From an uncultured Ruminococcus sp. (lineage in GTDB: Bacteria; Bacillota; Clostridia; Oscillospirales; Ruminococcaceae), in NCBI GenBank assembly GCA_900319195.1, contig ONNL01000123.1:1-34188 (forward strand): 34,188 bases of DNA. Direction: 5' to 3'. Of the stretch, positions 1-7,742 are shown one piece after another. The notes below the pieces were generated by a model that made no database searches, had not been told where the DNA came from, and saw only the letters and a list, made by a program, of their open reading frames with translations. Positions within the stretch are counted from its first letter, which is position 1; each line of letters starts with the position of its first letter. The position numbers and the translations under genes are program-made.

Positions 1-99
1 CATCATAAAGAAGACATTGACGGAAAGACCTTTCAGCAGGTCGAGATATATTATAAATTCGTGGGAAATTTGAATCAGACTACAAAGGAAGCAGCGTAA
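1..99 (+). CDS. C-terminal end of a TnpX/TndX-like large serine recombinase (DUF4368-type tail), partial at the window edge
   Basis: Frame 1 reads HHKEDIDGKTFQQVEIYYKFVGNLNQTTKEAA*. The QxxEIYYxFxG tail is typical of these recombinases. A tRNA fragment follows. Confidence 0.7.
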   Translation, partial: HHKEDIDGKTFQQVEIYYKFVGNLNQTTKEAA

Positions 100-105
100 A
101 ATAAG

Positions 106-133
106 CATAGAGGAAACAACCGTTTCCTCTATG
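106..133. terminator. Perfect 12-bp hairpin after the recombinase stop
   Basis: CATAGAGGAAAC-AACC-GTTTCCTCTATG; no U-tract, so a terminator role is uncertain. Confidence 0.5.
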
Positions 134-145
134 TGACAACTTGTA

Positions 146-176
146 GTCGCAGGTTCGAATCCCGTCACAAGCTCCA
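146..176 (+). mobile_element. 3' fragment of a tRNA (probably tRNA-Thr); probable attR boundary of an integrated element
   Basis: GTCGCAGG-TTCGAAT-CCCGT-CACAAGC-T-CCA = T-arm, acceptor 3' strand, U discriminator and CCA. No D-arm or 5' acceptor strand upstream. Confidence 0.7.
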
Positions 177-186
177 ACAAGTTCCG

Positions 187-222
187 ATAATACGCAGTTT
201 AACGACTGCGTATTATTTTTTT
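187..222 (+). terminator. Intrinsic terminator after the tRNA fragment
   Basis: ATAATACGCAGT-TTAACG-ACTGCGTATTAT followed by a T-run. Confidence 0.8.
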
Positions 223-264
223 GCAAACTGCATTTTTTGACCCAAGCATCAGCCCCGAAAGCAC

Positions 265-297
265 AAAAAAGCAGCCCACACATTCGTGCAGGCTGCT
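265..297 (-). terminator. Intrinsic terminator of the minus-strand surface-protein operon
   Basis: AGCAGCC...GGCTGCT stem with A6 on the left (U-tract on the minus strand). Confidence 0.6.
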
Positions 298-334
298 GAG
301 AAAACTATGTCTATTAATTTAGGAAACGAGGAAC

Positions 335-967
335 TTAGCTGATTGTTACTGTGTATGTACCGAGAGTGCCGTCCTGATTGATCCTTGCACTTGCTAAGTT
401 GATAGTGCCTGTAATTTGGCCACTTGTTGCCTGTCCTGTTGTGGTTGAATCATTAATATTACCCGCAGCCGAAGAAAGGCTAATATTTCCGTTATCGCTA
501 AACGATGGGAGAACATTTAATTCAGCATCACCAAGAGTAAATGACATAGTAGCGGTAATAGAATCATTTGAGTAATTAGTAATATTAGCTATTGTATCCA
601 GTTGAGTAAGAGGATTTCCGCCTGAAGTCCAGAAATCAGTATTACTATTAAAGCTTGGAGTTCCAACGGGATTATATTTTAATGCAGTAGTATCCCACAC
701 GTAATCCTGTGTACTTGTAGCATCACTAAATACAACTGCTGTAGAGCCGCTCCAACCTATAGTAACCTTATAAACTTTTGTTGCAGTCTTAATGTTTTGA
801 GATGTTGCGCCCGTGTTATAAGTAGCACTAATACTGTAAGTGGAAGAACCTGATTTTGTTGTAAATGTATCGTCCGCACTCGCACTCATAGCCCCAACGC
901 TCATCATTGTCATTGCCATAGCAGCGATCATCGCTGTAAATCTTGTAGTTTTTCTCATAATATTCAC
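335..967 (-). CDS. Secreted Ser/Thr-rich beta-strand protein, putative fibre/pilin-like (WxL-like) subunit
   Basis: 210 aa; Sec signal peptide ending ASA-D; motifs VYKVTIGW, YVWD, ITNYSN; terminal beta strand LGTYTVTIS; no LPxTG. Confidence 0.75.
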   Translation of the reverse strand: MNIMRKTTRFTAMIAAMAMTMMSVGAMSASADDTFTTKSGSSTYSISATYNTGATSQNIKTATKVYKVTIGWSGSTAVVFSDATSTQDYVWDTTALKYNPVGTPSFNSNTDFWTSGGNPLTQLDTIANITNYSNDSITATMSFTLGDAELNVLPSFSDNGNISLSSAAGNINDSTTTGQATSGQITGTINLASARINQDGTLGTYTVTIS

Positions 968-978
968 TATTCCTTTCG

Positions 979-1827
979 TTATTGGACTGTTATATTACAG
1001 TCCGTGATCTTTGAATCAGTCGTTGCTTTGATGCCGCTTTCCCTGTCATAAAACAGTATCAGCATCGTACCGTTGTAGCTGCCGCTTTGCAGCCTGCCTG
1101 CGCCGTCTGTCAGGTTCACATGGTCGATACCGTAGCCGACCTTGATAAGTCCCGATTCCGCAACAAGCACTTCATTACCCTTACCGTCGTCCACAACGAC
1201 CTGAACCATAAGATCGTGTGTCGAACCATTCGGATTTTGGAAATAGAGATCAGCCGTTCCCTCGCTCTGATGTATCGTAATATCCTTTTGAAATTCCAGT
1301 GTTACCGAGCCGCCGCCCTGTGGTGTGGTCGTATCACCGCTTTCAGTAGGAGACTGTGTTTCCAGCGGAACAGCATCCGAGTCGTCCTCGGGTGCTCTGT
1401 CCGGTCGGATAATACCGGTATCCGACACTGTTGTTTCCGTGATTTCCGAGGTAGATGTCTCCACCGCAGGCGGATGTGCCGAATTTTTTATCAGAACACC
1501 TATCAGCACGCCGATAAGACACGCCGCCATTATCCAGAAAATCAGGATAAACAGACTTTTTCGCTTGACTGAGACGTAACCGTTCTCAAAGGGGAGATAG
1601 CCAAGCACCTTTCCGCTTACATCATCGCTTTTGTAAATATCGAGCCGATTCTTTTCCTTTGTGAGAAATACCGCTTTTCCGTTCTGACGAAATTTTCTTG
1701 CTCCTGCCTTTATCGCACCCTTGATGATCGCATCATCGGGGAGGTCGTCAGGCTTGATGAGAAGAAGCTCCTCGTCAAAGTATTTCGGTTTAAACTTTCG
1801 GTATTCTTTTTCAGGCTCTTCCGCTAT
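979..1827 (-). CDS. Single-pass membrane protein with Ser/Thr/Pro linker and Ig-like C-terminal domain (putative partner/chaperone of the secreted subunit); probable non-canonical ATA start
   Basis: The frame of ORF 979..1608 stays open for 73 more codons to ATT-ATA at 1830-1825, preceded by GAGGTG. TM segment SLFILIFWIMAACLIGVLIGVLI; motif YFQNP..S..D...SGLI..GY. Confidence 0.75.
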   Translation of the reverse strand: MAEEPEKEYRKFKPKYFDEELLLIKPDDLPDDAIIKGAIKAGARKFRQNGKAVFLTKEKNRLDIYKSDDVSGKVLGYLPFENGYVSVKRKSLFILIFWIMAACLIGVLIGVLIKNSAHPPAVETSTSEITETTVSDTGIIRPDRAPEDDSDAVPLETQSPTESGDTTTPQGGGSVTLEFQKDITIHQSEGTADLYFQNPNGSTHDLMVQVVVDDGKGNEVLVAESGLIKVGYGIDHVNLTDGAGRLQSGSYNGTMLILFYDRESGIKATTDSKITDCNITVQ

Positions 1828-1925
1828 AATTCACACCTCATTTCTTTCTATCGTTTTCTGTCTCCATTAACTATCTGTATAGTCAATCTCGCTTGTCTTT
1901 CACTTGTTTCGTCCTTATGTATATA

Positions 1926-1953
1926 ATTATACTCAAAAAAAAAAACAAGTCTA
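1926..1953 (-). promoter_or_regulatory. Sigma-A-like promoter with an 11-nt homopolymer in the spacer
   Basis: Minus strand: TAGACT-TG(T11)GAG-TATAAT, 16-nt spacer. Confidence 0.6.
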
Positions 1954-2002
1954 TTTTGCCACATTTTACAAAATGTTCACATTATTCCAACTGTCTGTAA
2001 TT

Positions 2003-2036
2003 AAAAAATAAGTCTATACGTTTTGTATAGACTTAT
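2003..2036 (-). terminator. Intrinsic terminator
   Basis: Perfect 12-bp IR ATAAGTCTATAC/GTATAGACTTAT (2008-2036), followed on the minus strand by a T-run. Confidence 0.7.
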
Positions 2037-2172
2037 GGGTACTTAAAATTTTACAGAAATTTGATATTCCTCCGAGATATACAAATTGTATACGTAGAAA
2101 AGGATATGCCGTCCGTTTTTTCAAAGAACAAAATTCCTCCGCATATCTTAAATATAACGCTTTGTTTATCTT
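2003..2172 (-). ncRNA. Candidate small RNA or small-peptide transcript (~170 nt)
   Basis: Bounded by a perfect promoter (2179-2207) and a terminator (2003-2036); no convincing long ORF. Confidence 0.5.
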
Positions 2173-2178
2173 TACCCC

Positions 2179-2207
2179 ATTATACACTCTGCTCAGAAAA
2201 ATGTCAA
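2179..2207 (-). promoter_or_regulatory. Perfect sigma-A consensus promoter
   Basis: Minus strand TTGACA-17 nt-TATAAT. Confidence 0.8.
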
Positions 2208-2254
2208 CAAAAATATCCGCCGCCTGCCATTATGATACTCAGAGGAATATTTTA

Positions 2255-2305
2255 TGCCGAAATTTGTCGAAAAGGCTTGAAAATCGCACGGATTTGTGAT
2301 ATAAT
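2255..2305 (+). promoter_or_regulatory. Sigma-A promoter of the HD-GYP gene with two tandem Spo0A (0A) boxes
   Basis: TGCCGAA (2255-2261) and TGTCGAA (2265-2271), then TTGAAA (2277-2282)-17 nt-TATAAT (2300-2305) with extended -10 TG. Confidence 0.7.
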
Positions 2306-2470
2306 TATATTACATCTAACCCATTGTGCTTCAATTATACATCAATATCACCCGACATCAACCCAAAGCCCGATAATACAAGCGGTATAAGCCGTGCAGA
2401 CTATCGGCTTGAGCATCATATCATATAAACAAACAAGAGCATTTTGCAATGCAATGACAAGGGGGACATT

Positions 2471-4639
2471 ATGAGCAATTCAGACAAAAGGGAAAAAACT
2501 ATATCCGCAACAAGCTACAAGCTGCTGAACAAGAGGAACATCATTGCTTTTATACTGTGTCTTGTCGGGGTCCTGATAAACTTCATCTTCGTCAAGATAG
2601 CTGCGGCGACAGGCGCTCCCATATACCTCGACACTGTGGGAACGATACTCGTCTCTGTTTTCGGAGGCGCTCTCCCGGGAATACTTGTCGGCTTCCTCAC
2701 GAATGCTGTCAAGTGCATTTCCGACCCGTCCTCGCTATACTACGGCATACTGAATATCACGATAGCCATACTCGCAAGCCTCTTCGCAAAGCGCGGCTGG
2801 TTCAGGAAGCCGCTCAAATTCATTGCGGCTATCCTCATTTTCGCCGCCATAGGCGGAGGTCTCGGCACGATAATACCGTGGTGCCTTTCAGATGTCGGCT
2901 TCGAGACAGCGTCCCTCGGTGAAAAGCTCTACGATATGGGCGGATTCAGCGTAGAAGCCGCACAGCTTACGGCAAACATCATTATCGACCTTATCGACAA
3001 GACCATCTCCATGCTGATAGTCTTAGTCGTCAGCCTGCTTATCCCCGAGCACATAAAGAAAAAATTCAGCTTCTTCAGCTGGAAGCAGAACCCTCTCTCC
3101 GAGGAGGATTCCTCTGTCGTGCAGGAGAGCAAGTCCCGTCTTGTATCGCTCCAGACAAAGATACTTCTTCTGCTGACTGCCGCACTTTTCCTCGTTTCAC
3201 TCGCTTCTACGGTAATCAGCTCGATACTGTACAGACGTGAGCTTATCGACGAATACTCGCGCACAGCTGACGGTATTGCGTCGCTCGCCTCAAAAATTGT
3301 TGACGGCAACTCAGTTGACGAATACATCGCAAGCGGCGGAAGCTCGCAGGAATACAAGGAAGTGAGCAGCCAGCTCTACGACATACTTCACAGCTCGGAC
3401 GACATTGAATATATATATGTATATAAAATAGAAGAGGACGGCTGTCACGTTGTTTTCGACCTCGATACAGCAGGTCTGGCAGGCGATGACGTTGGCGATG
3501 TCATACCGTTTGACAAGTCCTTTGACCCGTATATAGACGACCTCCTTAACGGCAGAAAGATAGAGCCTATCGTCTCCAACGACACCTACGGGCATCTGCT
3601 CACTGTATATAAGCCGGTTTTCGACAGCAGCGGAAAATGCACCTGCTATGCGGCGGCTGACATCTCAATGAAGCGCATAAAGGATAACGAGCGCGGCTTC
3701 ATTGTCGGCATAATATCGCTGTTCCTCAGCATTTTCATCGTCATTGTCGCTCTCGCTTGGCACCTCATTGAATATCACATTATCCTGCCTATCAACTCAA
3801 TGTCGCTCAAGACGGGCACCTTTGCGTATAACTACATGAAGGACAACAAAAACAGCGTTGACGACATCAAGGCTCTTGATATCCAGACGGGCGATGAGAT
3901 AGAAAACCTGTATCACGCTATCGTAAAGACCTCCGAGGACAGCGTCCGCTATGTTACGGACATAAAACAGAAAAACGAGACTATCTCACAGATGCAGCGC
4001 TCGCTTATCCTTGTCCTCGCGGATATGGTCGAAAACCGCGACAAGAACACGGGCGACCACATCAAAAAGACTGCCGTTTACACGGAGATAGTCATGAAGG
4101 AAATGCGGAAAAAGGGCTATTACAGCGACGTTCTCACAGACGACTTTATCGAGAACGTTGTAAGTGCCGCTCCTCTGCATGATATAGGCAAGATTAAGAT
4201 TCCCGACGCTATACTCAATAAGCCGGGCAAGCTCACCGATGAGGAATTCGAGAAGATGAAGTATCACTCATTGGCCGGCGGAGAGATAATCGAGCGAGTT
4301 GCCGAGGAATTCACGGACTCCACCTACCTCAGCGTTGCGAAGTCCATCGCAGTTTATCACCACGAAAAATGGAACGGCAGGGGATACCCCTACGGCGTTT
4401 CTGGCGAGAATATTCCGCTCTCGGCGCGTATCATGGCTGTTGCGGACGTTTTCGACGCTCTTGTCTCGCGCAGATGCTATAAACCGCCGTTTACATTTGA
4501 GAAGGCTATGGATATAATCCGCGAGGGCGCGGGCGAACACTTCGACCCCAAGGTCGCTGACGCATTCCTCAGCGCCGCTGATGAGATCCGAAAAGTAGCC
4601 GAGGATTTCGACAGCAAAAGCGCTCAGCCCACTGAATAA
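2471..4639 (+). CDS. Membrane HD-GYP c-di-GMP phosphodiesterase with N-terminal ECF S-component-like domain, extracellular sensor and HAMP
   Basis: LHDIGK, HHEKWNGRGYP, ADVFDAL motifs; N-terminal PIYLDTVGT..GG..PG..VG multi-TM domain; ATG at 2471 after GGGGG RBS. Confidence 0.92.
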   Translation: MSNSDKREKTISATSYKLLNKRNIIAFILCLVGVLINFIFVKIAAATGAPIYLDTVGTILVSVFGGALPGILVGFLTNAVKCISDPSSLYYGILNITIAILASLFAKRGWFRKPLKFIAAILIFAAIGGGLGTIIPWCLSDVGFETASLGEKLYDMGGFSVEAAQLTANIIIDLIDKTISMLIVLVVSLLIPEHIKKKFSFFSWKQNPLSEEDSSVVQESKSRLVSLQTKILLLLTAALFLVSLASTVISSILYRRELIDEYSRTADGIASLASKIVDGNSVDEYIASGGSSQEYKEVSSQLYDILHSSDDIEYIYVYKIEEDGCHVVFDLDTAGLAGDDVGDVIPFDKSFDPYIDDLLNGRKIEPIVSNDTYGHLLTVYKPVFDSSGKCTCYAAADISMKRIKDNERGFIVGIISLFLSIFIVIVALAWHLIEYHIILPINSMSLKTGTFAYNYMKDNKNSVDDIKALDIQTGDEIENLYHAIVKTSEDSVRYVTDIKQKNETISQMQRSLILVLADMVENRDKNTGDHIKKTAVYTEIVMKEMRKKGYYSDVLTDDFIENVVSAAPLHDIGKIKIPDAILNKPGKLTDEEFEKMKYHSLAGGEIIERVAEEFTDSTYLSVAKSIAVYHHEKWNGRGYPYGVSGENIPLSARIMAVADVFDALVSRRCYKPPFTFEKAMDIIREGAGEHFDPKVADAFLSAADEIRKVAEDFDSKSAQPTE

Positions 4640-4662
4640 TGTATCTCTATCGAGGAAAACAA

Positions 4663-4698
4663 ATCGGGGAAGTCTCTTTTCACAGAGGCTTCCCCGAT
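4663..4698. repeat. Dispersed palindrome copy 1 (probable bidirectional terminator between convergent genes)
   Basis: ATCGGGGAAGTCTC-N8-GAGGCTTCCCCGAT. Confidence 0.75.
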
Positions 4699-4766
4699 AA
4701 TTATTCATTATAATATGTACGAGAGAGCTCGTCACGTATCTCCTCGGTACGATACTGCTCCGATAC

Positions 4767-5369
4767 TCACATAGCATTACGGTTTTCGAGTGCGCGGTAG
4801 AGAGTGACCTCGTCTGCGTACTCAAGGATACCGCCTACCGGCAGACCGAATGCGAGTCGTGTCACCTTGATACCGAGCGGTTTCAGCAGATTTGCGACAT
4901 ACATTGCCGTAGCATCGCCCTCGACCGTCGGGTTCGTCGCCATAATGACCTCTTCAACTCCGCCCTTCGCTATACGCGCAAGGAGCTCCTTTATTCTGAG
5001 CATATCGGGAGTAACATTATCCATAGGCGAGAGCAGTCCGTGGAGCACATGATAAACGCCGTTATACTCATTGGTACGCTCAAAGGCGGTAACGTCCTTC
5101 GGGCTCTCGACAACGCAGATAACGCTGTGGTCACGCTGTTCATCACTGCATATCGGACAGACCTCACGCTCGGTGAGATTCTGACAGCAGGAGCACTGTC
5201 TTACCTTTTTCTTTGCGTCAATGAGTGCCTGTGCGAAGTCCTCAACGTCCTTCTCGTTCATGGACATAACATGGTAAGCGAGCCTCTGTGCCGATTTCAT
5301 GCCGATACCGGGCAGGGACGCGAATTTTTCCGCAAGTATGACAAGCGGAAGTGCATTGTGCTCAGCCAT
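4767..5369 (-). CDS. recR: Recombination mediator RecR
   Basis: LPGIGMKSAQRLAY HhH, C4 zinc finger, Toprim YHVLHG/ATNPTVEG. Confidence 0.98.
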   Translation of the reverse strand: MAEHNALPLVILAEKFASLPGIGMKSAQRLAYHVMSMNEKDVEDFAQALIDAKKKVRQCSCCQNLTEREVCPICSDEQRDHSVICVVESPKDVTAFERTNEYNGVYHVLHGLLSPMDNVTPDMLRIKELLARIAKGGVEEVIMATNPTVEGDATAMYVANLLKPLGIKVTRLAFGLPVGGILEYADEVTLYRALENRNAM

Positions 5370-5375
5370 TATTTA

Positions 5376-5723
5376 TCAGAAAAGTCCGGGGAGAGCAACT
5401 CCGCCTGTTATCTTGCTCATTTCAGTCTCAGTTGTGCTCTCAACATTTGCAACAGCCTCGTTGAATGCGCTGATGATAAGGTCCTGGAGCATTTCGATGT
5501 CGTCCTTATCTACGACCTCGGGCTTGAGTGTGAGCGACTTTATAGTCTTTTTGCCTGTTACGACCACTTCAACAGCTCCGCCGCCTGCAGTTGCACTGAA
5601 ATCTCTCTGCTCGATGTCCTCCTGAAGCTCTGTGATCTGATCCTGCATTTTTCTTGCCTGATTGATCATCTGGTTCATATTCTGAGCGCCGCCGCCCATT
5701 CCCTTGGGTATTCTTGCTTTCAT
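5376..5723 (-). CDS. ybaB: YbaB/EbfC nucleoid-associated protein
   Basis: QARKMQ...AGGGAVEV...EMLQDLI..A.NEA; lies between dnaX and recR. Confidence 0.96.
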   Translation of the reverse strand: MKARIPKGMGGGAQNMNQMINQARKMQDQITELQEDIEQRDFSATAGGGAVEVVVTGKKTIKSLTLKPEVVDKDDIEMLQDLIISAFNEAVANVESTTETEMSKITGGVALPGLF

Positions 5724-5761
5724 CTTAAATTCTCCTCATTATTTTTATTCTGTCGGACTCG

Positions 5762-7378
5762 TCAGAACGGGTCCTGATTATTATCAACAGCCGTTTCAAT
5801 ACCGCTGTCATTAGCTTTTTTTATCGCGCTCTCCGCGAGATTCTTCTGCTCCGTAACCGTAGTGGCACAGCGAGCCTTGATAATGAACCGCTGTCCGAGG
5901 ACTCTGTCGATGACCTCCCCGAGCGATACCGCATTTTCCTTGACTCTGAAAAGCTCCATGAAGAACCTGTTCACTGCGGTTATGAACATGATATTGCCTG
6001 CCGTTGCCGCCGTTGAGCCGTCGAGACTTCCCGCGACCGCAGGGTTGACCTTTTCAAATTCCTTGAGGACTTCTCCCCATCTCTCGCAGTTTATAAGGTC
6101 CTCGGGCTTGAGCTTCCTTATGTCTACCGTGGGAACTAACCTCTCCTCAGTCGCAGGAGCGTCCGCTTCCATGACCTCGCGCTTTTCGGGCGGTGCAGAG
6201 GGGAGCGAACTTACGTTTTCAAGCTTGCTTTCCAGCTTTTTCAGCTTGTCATACAGCTCGGCTGTATCGGCAGTCTGCGGAGTTACATTATCGTGCGTCT
6301 CCGAGCACAGCCTTATGAGCGTCATTTCAAATTCGACGCGCTTGTTTATCACTCTTGCCATTCGCTCGCGGCACTGCTGGAGCACTTCAAGGCGGTGCAT
6401 GACCGTTTCAAGCGGACTCTTTTCCGCAAGTGCCTTCAGCTTTTCGAGCTCGTCCGGCATACACACGATGAGCTTATCCGCTGTCTGAGGCGATACCTTG
6501 AGCAGCATGATATTTCTGAGCTGACCGATAAGCTCCTCGCAGAGCCTTGTGAGGTCCTTTGACATATCGTAAAGCTCGCCCGTCACCGAGAGCGCACCTG
6601 CAACGTCCGCGTCACAGACCGCGTCAAGCATATTATAGAGGTAATCCCTGCCTGCTATACCTGCGGCAGCCGAAACAGTCTCGGCATTCACGGTCTCTGC
6701 GCACACTGAGCACTGGTCGAGCAGTGACACAGCGTCACGCATTCCGCCGTCGGCAAGCTTTGCAATGAGAGCAGCACCGTCGTCGGTAAGGTCGATATCC
6801 TCCTGTGAAGCGATGTATTTGAGCCTTGCGGCGATGTCATCAGCCCTTATCCTGCGGAAATCATAGCGCTGACAGCGTGAGGCGATAGTCGCAGGGACCT
6901 TGTGTATCTCCGTGGTGGCAAGGATAAACTTTACATACGGAGGGGGCTCCTCCATGATTTTCAGCAGAGCATTGAACGCTCCTGCCGAGAGCATATGCAC
7001 CTCGTCGATGATGTACACCTTATACGTGCACCTCTCAGGAGTGAAAACCGTACCGTCGCGGAGCTCGCGGATATTATCGACGCCGTTGTTTGAAGCCGCG
7101 TCTATCTCGACAATGTCTGTGAGAGCGCCGCTGTCGGCGTCCCTGCAGAGCTCGCATTCAAGGCAGGGGTTGCCGTCCTTCATATGAAGGCAGTTTACAG
7201 CCTTTGCGAGAATACGCGCACAGGTAGTCTTACCGGTTCCGCGCGAACCTGTAAACAGGTAGGCATGAGCTGTTTTGCCGTTCACTATCTGGTTTTTAAG
7301 GGTATCGGTGATATGCTGCTGAGAGATAACATCATCGAAGGTAAGAGGTCTCCATTTTCTGTAAAGAGCCTTATACAC
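5762..7378 (-). CDS. dnaX: DNA polymerase III subunit gamma/tau
   Basis: YRKWRP, Walker A GSRGTGKTT, DEVHML, SRC motif; GTG start after AGGAGG. Confidence 0.98.
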   Translation of the reverse strand: MYKALYRKWRPLTFDDVISQQHITDTLKNQIVNGKTAHAYLFTGSRGTGKTTCARILAKAVNCLHMKDGNPCLECELCRDADSGALTDIVEIDAASNNGVDNIRELRDGTVFTPERCTYKVYIIDEVHMLSAGAFNALLKIMEEPPPYVKFILATTEIHKVPATIASRCQRYDFRRIRADDIAARLKYIASQEDIDLTDDGAALIAKLADGGMRDAVSLLDQCSVCAETVNAETVSAAAGIAGRDYLYNMLDAVCDADVAGALSVTGELYDMSKDLTRLCEELIGQLRNIMLLKVSPQTADKLIVCMPDELEKLKALAEKSPLETVMHRLEVLQQCRERMARVINKRVEFEMTLIRLCSETHDNVTPQTADTAELYDKLKKLESKLENVSSLPSAPPEKREVMEADAPATEERLVPTVDIRKLKPEDLINCERWGEVLKEFEKVNPAVAGSLDGSTAATAGNIMFITAVNRFFMELFRVKENAVSLGEVIDRVLGQRFIIKARCATTVTEQKNLAESAIKKANDSGIETAVDNNQDPF

Positions 7379-7447
7379 AGCGCTGCCTCCTTTTCACGCG
7401 GTTTGTGGTGGAGCAGTGCCGTGGGGATATATCCCCTGCAAAAGAAA

Positions 7448-7575
7448 ATTCCGGAACATAGATGTGCAGGCTGGCTGCGGCACACAAAACGATCCGCTTA
7501 ATGCTGCTCGGTCTCCCGCCTGACATGGTTCACGGGGTCTTGTTGCACAGGGCCCGCACATCTATATTTCGGAAT
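7448..7575 (-). ncRNA. ffs: Signal recognition particle RNA
   Basis: Minus-strand core GTGAACCATGTCAGG-CGGGAGACCG-AGCAGCATTAAGCGG inside a long terminal helix (ATAGATGTGC/GCACATCTAT); canonical position upstream of dnaX; ends approximate. Confidence 0.9.
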
Positions 7576-7613
7576 CATAAATTAATAAATGAGCAGACAC
7601 TTGCTCCTTTGGT

Positions 7614-7642
7614 ATTATATCACAGTGAGATTATTTTGTCAA
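7614..7642 (-). promoter_or_regulatory. Sigma-A promoter for ffs-dnaX
   Basis: TTGACA-17 nt-TATAAT with extended -10 TG. Confidence 0.85.
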
Positions 7643-7681
7643 GGGTATCACATATATTTTCGATTTAACTAAATATATCGG

Positions 7682-7709
7682 TTGACAAATCGCTCCAAAG
7701 TGCTATAAT
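7682..7709 (+). promoter_or_regulatory. Sigma-A promoter for the cohesin-like lipoprotein
   Basis: TTGACA-16 nt-TATAAT with extended -10 TG. Confidence 0.8.
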
Positions 7710-7742
7710 TGTAGAAAAGCCAGCATATAAGGAGGTCACACT

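Noticed and set aside
100-176. Complete tRNA gene
   Set aside because: Only the T-arm and 3' acceptor strand are present; there is no 5' acceptor strand or D-arm.
80-283. 67-aa minus-strand ORF
   Set aside because: It runs antisense across the tRNA fragment and terminators, with no RBS or protein-like features.
2061-2390. 109-aa plus-strand ORF
   Set aside because: It spans two promoters, has no RBS, and has intergenic-like composition.
2312-2470. Riboswitch in the HD-GYP leader
   Set aside because: Only one imperfect stem (AAGCCCGATA/TATCGGCTT) is visible, with no recognisable aptamer or terminator.
5762-7378. E. coli-type dnaX -1 frameshift signal
   Set aside because: I did not notice an A AAA AAG site with an upstream SD and downstream hairpin in the coding strand.
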